From Octopus sinensis (Eukaryota): a stretch of 64,000 nt of DNA. A program made the position numbers and the translations under genes. Position 1 is the first letter of the stretch, and every line of letters starts with the position of its first letter. Of the stretch, positions 47,196 through 60,055 are shown in pieces. A model generated the notes under the pieces. The model was given only the letters and a program-made list of their open reading frames with translations. It had not been told where the DNA came from and did not search any database. The stretch covers positions 25,730,001-25,794,000 of the forward strand of contig NC_043008.1 in the NCBI RefSeq assembly GCF_006345805.1, given 5' to 3'.

Positions 47196-47477
47196 ATAGG
47201 AAAAGGAAAGATCCAAAGAAGGGAAGACGGAGGGAAAAAAATCGCCAACGCGGTCACATTTTGGATGACCGGAAGGGAATGGGTGAAGAAAAAGGTCTTT
47301 CAAAGACAGGAGAGTGCAAGAGGAGGTGTGTGCAAGTGTGGATATGTGCTTGCGCGCAGCAAAAATTTAAATTCAGATGAATATGGGGCTTAAGTTAAAG
47401 GCAACAGAATTTGGTATGGTATTATTCATATAAATCAAATGGGGTGATTGGATATCCTTGTTGCTTATTTTGATTAT

Positions 47478-47548
<71 letters not shown>

Positions 47549-49632
47549 CACCACCACATCTACACATATCTATATATATTTATGATTTATACCAACTTGC
47601 TTGAAAAATTTTTCTAGAATAAGGAAGTTTTTCACTCAGCACCCTGAGTTTGAATTTTGAAGTAATTAGCTTTCCCTCAAGAAATTTATTACTTTTCACA
47701 GAAGATGTAATCGATCAGGTGTGAACTCATTATTCCCTTTACATTTTATCATTAGGTTTAACTGTTGAGTAGAGTAGCGCAGATATTTTGTTTCCTTCAA
47801 GGTTTTGTGGTTTTTTATTTTTGTTTTCTGCCTATGTTGCTGCTATTTCATTAGCATGTCTACTGTTGGTACATGTATCAACGAAAGTACACTGTATATA
47901 TGTATGTATATGCTACGATGGAAAACACTGAAATCTGTTGAGATTTTACTAAACAAAATATCTATTCATTACATATACAACTAAAAAAAATCTTGTTACT
48001 ATGAACAACAAAGCATCAAGAGAGTTGAAGATTAAAATTCTTGGATTGATGTGATTGTAGCAGCAGCCAAAATATTAGCTGGACCTTATGTTGCTATCAC
48101 CATTTGTCTATTGTTGTGGATAGCTACTGTGTTTATGATTTGAAGGAATTAGTCCATTGTGGATAACTTCTGATGTCTTGTTTGCTGTATGTTCATTGCT
48201 TTTGTATTATGCCAGCACTTGGATCAGGTGCTGTCTGTCATTTGTTCACAATCTCTTGTAGAAGCTGATGTGCACTGAATATATAGTGATAGTTAGGCTC
48301 AGAAAGAAGTATGTCAAAAGATGAAATTGTTGCTCAAGCCTGTTCCATGCAAAGTCCTGATTGGTAAGAATTTTTGTGATGACATAGGCAATATTACAGT
48401 GAAGTGCGGCATCAGATATAGTAACCTGATTGCTAAATATTTCCGCTACATGTGTGTGTGTGTGTGTGTGTGTGTAATGTATTTACATATTAAAGTTATA
48501 AAGACTATTTTAATTGTGCCTTATAGTCACATACTTAAAATTGGTAAAATTTTTATATCGAATTTCGTTTTATTATTTCATTTTCTTTTATTATTTCATC
48601 ACAACAAATCACTTTTCAACTTTTCATCATAAATCTCTTCCGATGAAATTATAAGCAATCACATAAATCTAATTAAGCCATCTTATTATCTTAACAACTA
48701 AGCACTTTCAGCTTTCATCACAAATCTCTTCGGAAGTTATAAACACCTAGTCAATTCTAATTACACGAATTTATTATCTTTACCACAAATGAACTCACAT
48801 TTCAAGCAGCTCTACTTTCTTTTTCTCTCAAAAAATCCCATAATCGGATGGATGTCAACAAAGCCGACTTTATTAAGGAGAAATCTTTAAAAATAATATT
48901 CACAGTGAAATGAAATTGGCAAGTTGAAGAAATCCTATTGTTTTTCGTAGTGCATAGATTAGCTGTGTGCAATGCACTTAACAATCTGATAGCAGAGCTA
49001 TGGCATCTAGAGACGAATGACATAAACGAAAAGGAAAAAATGAATTTTAATAAGACAACTTGATGCAGCATGAAAAAGAGGCAAACAAATAAACCAACAA
49101 CCAAAGTAACTCAGGATTTGTAAAGGACCAGAATAAAGATATTAATGTCATGGTTGAGAATGATACCAAGAAGCCTAAACAGCAGCAACCACACTGCACA
49201 AAGCAGTGGTACGGAGAATAGAACTGATCAAAGTGAGGTAACAATTACCACAAAGGACAAAATGGTAGAACTGCCTGGAAGAGACACTAATAAGCAAAAA
49301 ATATAAAAGATTTGGAGGTGTGGTTGTGTGGAGGGGTGGCTGTGTGGAGATGTGGCTGTGTTGAGGGGTGGCTGTGTGGAGGTGCAGATGTGGCTGTGTG
49401 GATGGTGCAGGCATGGCTGTGTGGTAAGAAGCTTGCTTCTGCACATGCACAGTTAGTCGACTTCTTTCAGCTTTACCAGAATGGACATGGGCTTGTTAGC
49501 TCTGTCCAATTACAAGAAAAAAGAACAAAAACAAAGAAGGTCGTCAAAGTAGGTGGTTTTGTTTTATCTGAGCTGGGAGTAATTTATTATATTGTCATTT
49601 TGTGCTAATAAATTTTGCTCAGCTCTGGGATA

Positions 49633-50741
49633 CGAGGGGCGTTCAATAAGTAATGTCCCTGACCCACTTCCCATAGCAGTAGAGCAACGAAACTTGGCAC
49701 AGTTATTAGTCTTTTTCTACATAGAAACCACCCAGAGTTACGCATTTCTCCCATTGTTTGATGCAGTTCTGGAGACCGTTTTTGTAGAAGACCCCAGCTT
49801 GGTCCTCCAACTACGATGTGACTTCAGAAATCAAGGCTGCATCATCTGGTAAACGCTTTCCTTTCAAAAACAACTTCATGGCTGGGAAGAGGTGAAAATC
49901 AGAGGGTGCAAGGTCAGGAGAGTAGGGGCTGGGGAGAAGTTCATAGACGCACGCCTGTGCTTCTGATCTGGCGACATGCGAGTTGTGGACCGGAGCGTTG
50001 TCCTGCAGGAGGAGGATGCCTTTGCTGATGTTGCCCCGCCTCTTGATTTTGATAGCTTCTCTTAATTTCCTCAAAAGTGAAGCATAATAGGCTCCTGTAA
50101 TTGTGGTACCCTTTGCCAGGAAATCTGTCATCACTACTCCGTTCTGGTCCCAGAAGACTGTGAGCATGACCTTGCCAGCGGAGGGCTGCACCCTTGCCTT
50201 CTTTGGAGGAGGTGAGTCACGGTGCTTCCTCTGCATTGACTGGGCTTTGGTCTCTGGATCATAGTGATGGACTCAGGTTTCATCCTGTGTAATCAGTCTT
50301 TTGAAAAATTTTGACTCATCTTCTTGGCACATCTCCGAATTCATCCTCGAGCACTCGACGCGTTCTTGCTTCTGGAAAGGTGTGAGCAGCCTGGGAATCC
50401 ATCTGGCAGACACCTTTTGCATATGCAAATGGTTATGAATGATAGTTTCCACAGACCCGGTACTAATCTTGACCTCATGGGCTATTTGGCGAATAGTTAA
50501 GCGTCGATCTTCCAAAATAGCAGCCTCAACTTGACGGACAGATGCCTCATCAATGGCAGAAGGGGTGTGACCAGATCTGGGAGCTGTTTCCACAGAGTTC
50601 CGACCATGTTTGAATTCACATTGCTAGCGTTTTACAAGGTCATATGATGGGGCATCATCACCATAAGTTACTTTCATTTCATCAAAAGTCTCCTGTGGTA
50701 TGCGTCCTTTCAAATGCAAAAACCGGATCACTGCTCGACAC
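49633..50741 (-). mobile_element. Mariner, same family as 3491-4779, lacking its 5' end
   Basis: TA + TIR cgaggggcgttcaataagtaatg at 49631; transposase fragments (YSPDLAPSDFHLF); homology stops at 50741, within the first codons. Confidence 0.93.
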
Positions 50742-52092
50742 ATTTGGCTGGGGGTACTTGTTGGCCAGGAAATTGTATTTTTGCTGTGTGAATTGTTTTT
50801 CTTTTTTCCGTCTATCTTTCTTGATTTTTTTTCTTTCTTTATGAACTGTTTATTTATTTTTTAGACTTTGTTTGTTTTATTTTTTTTACTGTTTTTGTTA
50901 ACTTTTTGTGTACCTTTTTTGGACTTTTTCTTTGACCTTTGAACTTTCTTTGAACTTTTAAGACTTTCTTTTGCGCGTAGCAAAAATAAACAGTGCCACT
51001 GCCTTGGAGTGGGAGGTGGCCCCTACCAAACAGTGGATTAACGATCTTGAGAAGAGGATGGTGGTACTACGGGCCTATTCTAGGTTGCATGGAGCCATTG
51101 CCCTCTTCGACAAGATTGTGATAGAGAACGAGTTGGTAGACTACCTGCAAACTATAAGATTTATTTCACAGGGAACCAAATTTGCAACGGTCTGGTTGCT
51201 GTTTGGTACCCCTGATGAAGCTGGCGAGCCACTTGAGGGGCAAGAAGTTTTGTTCTTCCCCACTTATTGTGGGAGGAGGGTGATAAAAGCCTAGGTATGT
51301 GGGCTACCCCTGAGCACAGAAGCAGGAAGAATTGGGGATACCATCAGGCAGCGGACCCAGGCTCTTAAATGTGAGAATGATGCCAGCGGTCGACTGGGAG
51401 GGGTCAAAAGCAATTTTGACCTTATGGATCCCATCGGCCACAGGCAAAATGGTATTCCCCGAGTTCCTAAAAATGGCTGGTTGCAAGTATCCGGTGATAC
51501 TTGAGGGTCGCCCCCACCAAGTGTCATTCGTGCCTGGAGTCAGGCCACTTTAGGAAGGGCTGCCTCTGGGGCTGTAAAATGGCCCTGGCACAGGAAAGTA
51601 AGGTACCCACCCCCGCCCCCTGTGGCGAGGGAGACGATGGAAGTCATGAAGGAAGCTGCCTCCATGAGGAGAAAAATATAGGTGAGCAACAATGGCTGCT
51701 CACCAAATAATGTGCAGGCAGCACAGGAGGCGGAAGGAGATAGTGTCCCTTCGTGCCGACCGACGCAGACCCCTGCCCCCGCGGCCTCAAAGGGAAAGAG
51801 GAAAAAGGGGAGGCAGGGGACAGTCAGTGGATGGCCCTGTGCTGCCTATTGAAGCACTGGTGGGATGTGTGCCGCCTGTGTGCGAGGCTCTGTCAGTGGG
51901 AGTTGTGCCCTGACAGGGCAGACAGGGACCCCCCCTGAAGAGGAGGAGGATTTTATCCTCGTTTACCTCGAGGGGGGGTGCCCTGTCGATGAATACTTGG
52001 GCCTCCATAGGTAACTGCGAAGGTGGTGAGTTAGAAATTGTGGCACTGTGTTACACAAACATTTGATAAAAGGCACTTCACCTTCTTCTTTC
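50742..52092 (+). mobile_element. Tx1/L1-type non-LTR element ORF1 region (disrupted), running into the gap
   Basis: Frameshifted ORF ..FFPTYCGRRVIKA.VCGLP..FPEFLKMAGCKYPVILEGRP/PTKCHSCLESGHFRKGC (CX2CX4HX4C knuckle preceded by EGRP). No ORF2 is seen. Confidence 0.65.
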
Positions 52093-52192
52093 NNNNNNNN
52101 NNNNNNNNNNNNNNNNNNNNNNNNNNNNNNNNNNNNNNNNNNNNNNNNNNNNNNNNNNNNNNNNNNNNNNNNNNNNNNNNNNNNNNNNNNNN
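52093..52192. other. Assembly gap (100 N)
   Basis: Run of exactly 100 Ns, likely a placeholder of unknown size. Confidence 0.99.
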
Positions 52193-52419
52193 TACTAGGC
52201 TTACAAAGAATAAGTTATGGGGTCCATTTGTTTGACAAAAGGCAGTGCTCCAGCATGACTGCTGTCAAATGATAGAAACAAGTAAAAGAATATGCAAATA
52301 AATAAACCCAGAGAGTTTTTGAACTATCCAGCTCTGCACAGGGGAGATGTGAAACAAGCCTCTAACCAGGTGAGCATGAATTCAGTGACAAACCTCAATG
52401 ATCTTCCAGTAAATCTTTT

Positions 52420-53450
52420 AACGACTTGCAAAAAAGCTCTCACAAGACTATTGCAGATACTTTTCTAGAGCTTCTTTGCATGTAGCAGACTTCTCAAAGC
52501 ATTAAAAGAAGAATGATATGCCCTCACCATAAAAAAGGAAGCAGAGCAGATGCTGAAGGTTACAGGCCTATGTTTCTGAGCTCACACATCAGCAGTCATA
52601 GAATGCATCTTCAGAAGAAAGTTGATCATATTTCTAGAAGAAAATGTATAGCTTACTAACATGTAATATGGTTTCCATTCCGGTAGGAACTGCTTCACAC
52701 TGCTATTACGGTATTATAACTGTGTACTGAGACTACAACTCACTTCTGTATATGTGTAGGTATTTATATTTCAGTTTACCAAAGCCTTTGATAAAGTTTA
52801 TTATGGAATATGTCACAAACTGCATAACCTTGGTATAGTTGGAGAGCTAAGAGGTGGCTATATAAATTTGTTTATAATCTAGAAGTTAGACAGTAGCAGC
52901 CAATAGTACTCTCTCTAAAGCGGCATCAGTTTTAAGTGGGGCCACTACTGTTTGTGATTGTTCTTGCAGATATGCTTTACATCATATGCCAGCTACTCTT
53001 CACTAGTATTGTCAAAAACACCAATGTATCAGTTAGTCAGTCAAGAACAAAAAGACCTGAGTGCGATATTCAAGTGAGATGAAAAAAATCATAGGCAGTT
53101 CAATACTTAAAGATTTCAAACGCTCTGCTATCAGTGCACAAAATAGATTGCAGTAAGTATGCACAGGACCAGGAAGTAATACAATCCTAGAGCCACAGTC
53201 GGTGGGTGGCCTAGGAATCTGCATGAATAATGATGCATCATTCCATTCGTATGTTATTATGATGGGTCAATGTACCAGCAGCTAGTTGGTTAGGTTCTGA
53301 GATCGTTCAGAACAAGAGAAAATGAAACCATATTGATGTGGAGAAAAATTGCTCTCAGTCACCTGGAATATTGTTCCTTATTATGGTCTGCACTTAGTGT
53401 CAAATTAATAGTGAATTTGAAGTAATCATTCTCTCTCTATAGAGTAAAAA
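52420..53450 (+). mobile_element. CR1-like RT relic
   Basis: EGYRPM..; YGFHSGRNC; FTKAFDKV; ..GPLLFVIVLADM. Confidence 0.7.
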
Positions 53451-54399
53451 ACCCAATACAGTATCTGCTTGAGGTTCAAGAGCCTACACCATTTCAATAC
53501 TTAATAGTATTGAATAATACTCTTTGATTCACCAAAACTAAACAGGGAGAGAAAATGAAGGAAAACATATGAAGTGGTCATCAATGGCACTACCCAAGCA
53601 TGATCATAACTTCTAGCTGAAACAAGTAAAAGTGTACATACATAGACACACATATTTACACGTATGTGACAGGTTGACTCTTTTGTCTCAGAATAAAGGT
53701 GGAATAAAGGTGGAGAAAATGTACAATATTAAAATGGCTTTGGTAGGAATATTTCGACCTCCATTCTTCAGTTCAGAGTTCATAGATGCTTCAGTTCGCT
53801 AACAACAGCAGTTCTTTCATTTATAATTCAGGTGATAGGCAGACACAATGTTTGCATCAGTTATTCAGCATCAGAATGTTACATCAGTTATTCTGTAGGG
53901 GTTGATATTTTGCATTAACATTTATCACACAGAAAGGTAATCTTAAAAATTGCATTATTTAATTTCGACATTTCCACCAACAAATCAAAGAATATGAAAC
54001 AAATATCTCCACACACAATAGACTTCTCACAAACCCCATAACCAAAACATAATAGAAAGCTTACATCTCAAAATATATTGACACAAACAATGAAGTGAAA
54101 AAGTTAGCCATTCTCTTAAAGATAGATGATGTGAACCACTTTACCACGCCCCTTCCTTTATTATGATTAATGATCTCAAGTTCAACCATCTTTCAAATCC
54201 TAAATGCAGGCCAATCAAATGCTAAAAGTAAGATAAATATTATAAATAAATGTATTATCAATGTTATCAACTCTAAAATATCAGAATGGCTACGAAGTTA
54301 ATGGCATTGTTGTTGTAATTAACTGCTTCTGCTACATCAAGAAAAAAGCAAACTGTAAACTAACCCAGTTTGATATAAATTTCTATCCTTTAATACTGA

Positions 54400-55560
54400 G
54401 ATCTCTTCTCTTGAAGGCCCTAACAGTCTCAATATCAAAATCCATATTAATGCCTGGAAGTTGCTCCAGCTTCACACATATTCCTACTGGTTAAACAGTT
54501 AAAAGTACTTCTGCCCACCATATTCATTTGGTGCTATGACAGGGTTGAGTTCTGTGACATTGTTGGGTTATTTATTTTGGATACCATTAAGAAAAAACAT
54601 ACATGCCTTCACAGTTTGGCTTTGTGCAAGGATGACTGCTTGGCAATCTCAAGCTATATGAATGGTCAAAATATGCATAACTGCAGGAAAAATTTTATAA
54701 ATCTCTTCAATATTTTGGTGGAAGTATAACCATTGCTACCAAATTAACAAAAGTCAACTTTCTGCAAGTAACTCTAGACCTAGAGACAGGTAAGTACCAG
54801 CTCTATAAAGAGCATAGTGATGAAATTGTTTATATTTATAGGAATCTTCACACCAAAGCTGTAACTAGGAACCTGGTCACTGGTATCAGAAAGGTATCTC
54901 CAATCTCTCACAAGATAGAAAGATTTGCAACTGAACCACATATTATTAGAACCAGATACAGAGAGGGGTGGTTTTTATCTCCATCCTACACCCAATAAAG
55001 AATTAGAAAGGAAAAATATTCTTGTTAAATCCTCCATTCAGTTTAGATATTTCTACTATTATAGCTAGGTACCTTCTGGTGTTAATGAGATAGCATTTCC
55101 CAAGAATCCATAGATATCATAAACTTTTCCTACAACGTCAAAGTTAACAACTCATTCTTAGATAATATTACTTCTTGCATTGTACAAAAGCAGATTAGCA
55201 TCCACATAGTCCAACCTGTAACTGCCTAACTTCTAATAAACTGGCCCTGTAAAAGCGCCCTGCTCTATAGAAACAACTTGACACCATGTGATAACTTCAT
55301 GTAACACATGGGCATAACAACCAATGATTTTAAGAAAAGGTTTACACAACACCCGCACGTCTTCAGGTGTAGGAACAAGAAAATTTCCACCTCTCTGTTC
55401 TGCTTCATTTGGAAACTCAGAAACCAAGGGAATGACGCAACCAACATAACATGACTAATAATTACCAAATCTGACTTCACGAGAAACTGCACATACTCCA
55501 GCAGCATGTAATAGTCACCAGCAGATAAGCCAAACTATCTTATTGTCACCAGAGGTACAC
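54400..55560 (+). mobile_element. Penelope-like element relic (RT + GIY-YIG)
   Basis: RDDCLAI (PLE RT active-site region), KVNFLQVTLDLETGKY, NPPFSLDIST, HMGITTNDFKKRFTQH, STSLFCFIWKL. Confidence 0.75.
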
Positions 55561-55983
55561 CCCAAAAATCTGCAAATTTCACCCAAGATTTAGCTGGTCT
55601 ACATACTGATATATGGTATATAATCTCTGTCAGCCACAGAAAAATTATTGCTTACTTAGCACATTATAACTGTGGCTTACTATCATCCGGGTTGTTACAT
55701 GATTTTATATATAACTTGACAACACCAAGCGCTTCCTTGTGGCAAAGTAACAAGATTAATAGTCTGAGGTTACATGTCAGTATGTTTGACAAGCCAGGTG
55801 AATAATAGGCCATGTTTACATTTCTTCTAAATTCTCTCCACTCTAATTTCACTCACGTAAGATGTGGACGTCTTTTGCACTCCTGAAGCTTTATGTAATG
55901 CGGAGCTGTATCAACCTGCTATTTGATGTTTGAAATTCCAAATGTGTTCATTGCTATTTCTTTCATTTCCCAACTCTACTCGT

Positions 55984-56025
<42 letters not shown>

Positions 56026-56664
56026 GGTCTACCCTATAGAGAAATCCTATCTCTGGGCAACAGTAACCAATAATCACTAATAAACTAAACTGCTTTATCT
56101 GTAATCCTCACGTGCTTGTAAACTTACATTGTGTATCAGATACAGAGCACTAAACAGCACAAATATTAGATAGACATCATGATTCAAATATTACCCATCT
56201 GAACCAGGAAAAATAATTACACATGCAGTCAGCATTCATATAAAATCTGGACAAATAGAACATGAACAAGGCCATCACAGACTTTGGAAATCAGCAGAAC
56301 AAAGAAGCAATTTTGAAAGGGAAATACAAATCAATCATTTGCTATTAAATAAGGTGCAGCAACTATGTTAGACATGCTTTAGAATCACTGTGTTTCACAC
56401 AACCCATTTTGTCATTTGCATGTCACAACCACATGGAAAACAGTCTCAGCCCAAAATTTCACATTGCTACACATGTGGTCTTTTGACAAACATCAATGTT
56501 AGCATGTTGAGAGTTGTCAGTCTAATGAAACAGATATATTCTTCTTCCCATACTTCATTTCAACATTGTTGAAAAATGGTATTTTATCGAAATACAGGTT
56601 TTATGATGTTTACAATGTAGTCAACATTGCTCCAAGTTGATACTAAGGTATAGAAATATATTCT

Positions 56665-57005
56665 TTTATTCTTTTACTTGTTTCAGTTATTTGAGTGCAG
56701 CCATGCTGGAGCACCACCTTGAAGGATTTTAGTTGAAGAAATCAACCCCAGGACTTATTCTTTGTATTCCTGGTACTTATTATGTCAGTCTCTTTTGCTG
56801 AACCACTAGTTTTGTGGATATTAACACACTGATATCAAAGACATATACACAAATATATATATACAATGCACTTCTTTCACAAGGCTTTTGGTGGCCTGAG
56901 GCTAGAGTAGAAAGCACTTGTTCAAGGTGCCACAACATAGGACTGAACATGGAACCATGTAGTTGGGAAGCAAACTTCTTGCCACACAGACATGCCTGCA
57001 CCTAT
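56665..57005 (-). mobile_element. tRNA-derived SINE, family A
   Basis: Head ggcatgtctgtgtggcaagaagtttgcttcccaactacatggttcc, tail ttcttttacttgtttcag. Confidence 0.8.
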
Positions 57006-57120
57006 ATATACAATATATGTATATAAGTTTATTTCATGTATACATGTACATATAAACATATATATGTATGTGTGTATGTGTGTGTGTGTGTATGTATATA
57101 TATATACATCCACACACCAA

Positions 57121-57906
57121 TATGCTCTGCTGGATGTGTAATGTCAGTGTGCATACACGACAGAGTGTAAGTGCCCCGAGAGAAAAGTTGGACTTAAGAA
57201 GCATCAGATGTGGTGTGCAAGAGAGACGACTGCGCTGGTATGGTCATGTGGCAAGAATGGATGAGGACAGATGTGTGAAAAAATGCCACACCCTAACAGT
57301 TAAGGGAACCTGTGGAAGAAGTATACCCAGGAGGACTTGGGATGAGGTGGTGAAGCATGATCTTCAAACATTGGGCCTCACTGAGGCAATGACAAGTGAC
57401 CGAGACCTTTGGAGATACGCTGTGCTTGAGAAGACCCAGCAAGCCAAGTGGGACCATAACTGTGGCCTATGCCAGTGTTGTATAACCAGCCCATTTAAGA
57501 GTACCTTTCAATCATTAGACAATAAACTACACTTGCAAAGACCTGTTGAAGCAAGTGAAATTGCTGTCGTGGTCGATGACAGTACTGATTGGCACCCATG
57601 CCAGTGGCATATAAAAAGCACCATTCAAGTGTGGTCATTGCCAATGCTGCCAGACTGGCTCCTATGCTGTTGGTACATTGAAAACACCATTTAAGCATGG
57701 CTGATGCCAGTACTGCTTGACCGGTCCTTGTGTTTGTGGCATGTAAAAGCACACACTACTCTCTCGGAGTGGTTGGCGTTAGGAAGGATATCCAGCTGTA
57801 GAAACTTTGCCAGATCTGATTGGAGCCTGGTGCAGCCTTCTGGCTCACCAGCGCTCAGTCAAACCGTCCAACCCATACTTCATGATGATGAAGATGATGA
57901 TGATGA
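57121..57906 (+). mobile_element. 5'-truncated RTE LINE
   Basis: WMCNVSVHTRQSVSAPREKLDLRSIRCGVQERRLRWYGHVARM.., 3' UTR, (GAT)n tail. Confidence 0.9.
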
Positions 57907-58196
57907 CACATATACACCCACATGTGTGTGTGCTTCTGTACATATGCATGAATAGGTAGGTGTGTGTTTCTAGTTCCAGCTTCCAGCATTTTGCTACTCA
58001 AAGTTGTCTTTCTCCAGCTTACAAACCTAAAATAGTAGCTGAATGGCTGGTGGAGTGAAAGTCTTTCTTGCATCTTTTCAAGATAATGTTGTTCTCTTAC
58101 AGTTTAGAAGAGAACATTGGAAATGGGATAATAAAAAGAAGAATATTGGATATGAAATAGTGATGCAGTATCTACAATATTCCAGATTGTAAGTCA

Positions 58197-58410
58197 GTGA
58201 GCTGGCAGAAATGTTAGTGTGCTGGGTAAAATGCTTAGTGGTATTTTGTCTTTATGTTCTTAGTCCAAATTCTGCTGAGGTCGACTTTGCCTTCCATACT
58301 TTTGAGTTAAAAAACTCAAGTACCAGTTGCATACTGGAATAGATCTAATCGACTGGCCTCCTCCCTAAAGATTTTGGGCCTTGTGCCTAGAGTAGAAAAG
58401 AATATTCCAG
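58197..58410 (+). mobile_element. tRNA-derived SINE, family B
   Basis: gagctggcagaaatgttag..gaggtcgactttgcc..aagtaccagtt. Confidence 0.8.
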
Positions 58411-59689
58411 ATTGTGTGGGAATTTTTAATTACCCTATATTTTCATGCTCTGACAGTGTGAGATTGCATGGTGGAATTAATTATATCTCTAGTTTTGAAT
58501 TAATGAGCAAAGTAGTAGTAGTACCTGGTCTTGAAAATTTTCTCTGAAATTAATGTGTAATTTGTTTGGATATCATTGGTGAATGTTATACTTATTCAGT
58601 GAAATATTAGAGATGTCTCTAACTGCAAATTGGTTGTTGAGTTAGGATATGGCTGGTTGTGTAGCTTAGATTGTGTTGTGAGAATTCTGTTTCAGACATA
58701 TTGTGTTTGGAACAACGTTATTCATTGCCTTCCCTCTTTCAAAAAATACTAAGGTGTAATTTGAGGGAGATTTGAAGCTTTTGCAAGCCACCTACCTCAG
58801 AGAATATGAAAATTAGCACAAGACAACTGAATGGTACTGCTGAAAATATTTTTGACAATACAAGTTTATCAAATATTGTCACAAAATTACATATTATATA
58901 ATAGTTGTATCAATGGTTTATCAACTTAATTCAATTAATGAAAATGAATTCTCATATATTCTGAAATTAACTGCTACAGTTTTATTAATTTAACTGCATT
59001 ATCTTAAACTGCTTATCTGGATAATGTCTTTTTATTAAGTCTTAGAAGAAGAAGTCATTTGAAATGGGATAATGAAGAGTGTAATATTTCATAAATACAT
59101 AATGATAAGTTTTCATTCTACAATTGATTGGAACCAATATCAACTTCATACTGCTTAATTATCTGATTGTCCTGACACTATGTATTAATGGGTTAATAAA
59201 GTTATCTCTACTTTAGAGTATCTTATCAGACAAAAGATTTTGCATTAGAACTTCTAGCAAAGCCATTCAACACTTAATAGAAATGTACACCATACTATGT
59301 GATGTTATTGATCATGTCTACTTTAAAACTGCTGAAAATCATTACCCTGCTAATTCAGGTGCAACACATATGAAGGTTTCTTAGCTATTTGACTTATGGA
59401 AATACTTTCTGTGTCACATAACAAGTGGGGTAAATAACTCAGAATTTAAAAGGGAGGTTACCAAATACTACAAGCCATTTTGTCCAATGCTCTCCTAATT
59501 GTTCCATCCACATCAAATTCATATTTTCAGTTGATGGACGTATGAATAGTTTTCAAATACCAAATTTCACCTAAAAAGTATTGGCCATGATAGAAGAAAC
59601 TTATCCAAGGTACTATACAGTAAAAATAGTCTGGAATCACATGACTGTAAAGCAAACTTCTTCAGCACACAATCATATATTCAGAAGTT

Positions 59690-60055
59690 TTAGGCTGTGT
59701 GGTAAGAAGCTTGCTTCCCAACCACATGGTTCCATGTTCAGTGCCACTGTGGGGCACCTTGAGCAACTATAGCCTTGGGTTGACCAAAGCCTTCTGAGTG
59801 AATTTGGTAGATGGAAACTGAAAGAAGCCCATTGTGTGTGTGTGTGTGTGTGTGTGTGTCTATATATATATATATGAAAATATTTATGTATTTATGTAGT
59901 ACTTATTCTATCAGTTTGACAAAAAGCAACTGATAGAATAAGTACTAAGCTTTAGAAAAGAATAAGTTCCAGGGTCAATTTGCCTGTTTAAACCCTTTAA
60001 GGCAGTGCCCCAGCATGAACTTAGTCAAATGACTGAAACAAATAAAAAAAAAGGT
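59690..60055 (+). mobile_element. tRNA-derived SINE, family A
   Basis: gctgtgtggtaagaagcttgcttcccaaccacatggttcc..gaatttggtagatggaaactgaaagaagccc..gatagaataagtact..gactgaaacaa. Confidence 0.85.

Noticed and set aside
48840-49290. Possible decayed LINE ORF1 on the + strand (MDVNKADFIKEKSLKIIF...)
   Set aside because: Only a compositional resemblance; no knuckle or other motif.
55233-55852. Minus-strand ORFs with GTAAG donors, as candidate exons
   Set aside because: Most of the region is explained by the + strand Penelope GIY-YIG relic; the remainder has no supported identity.
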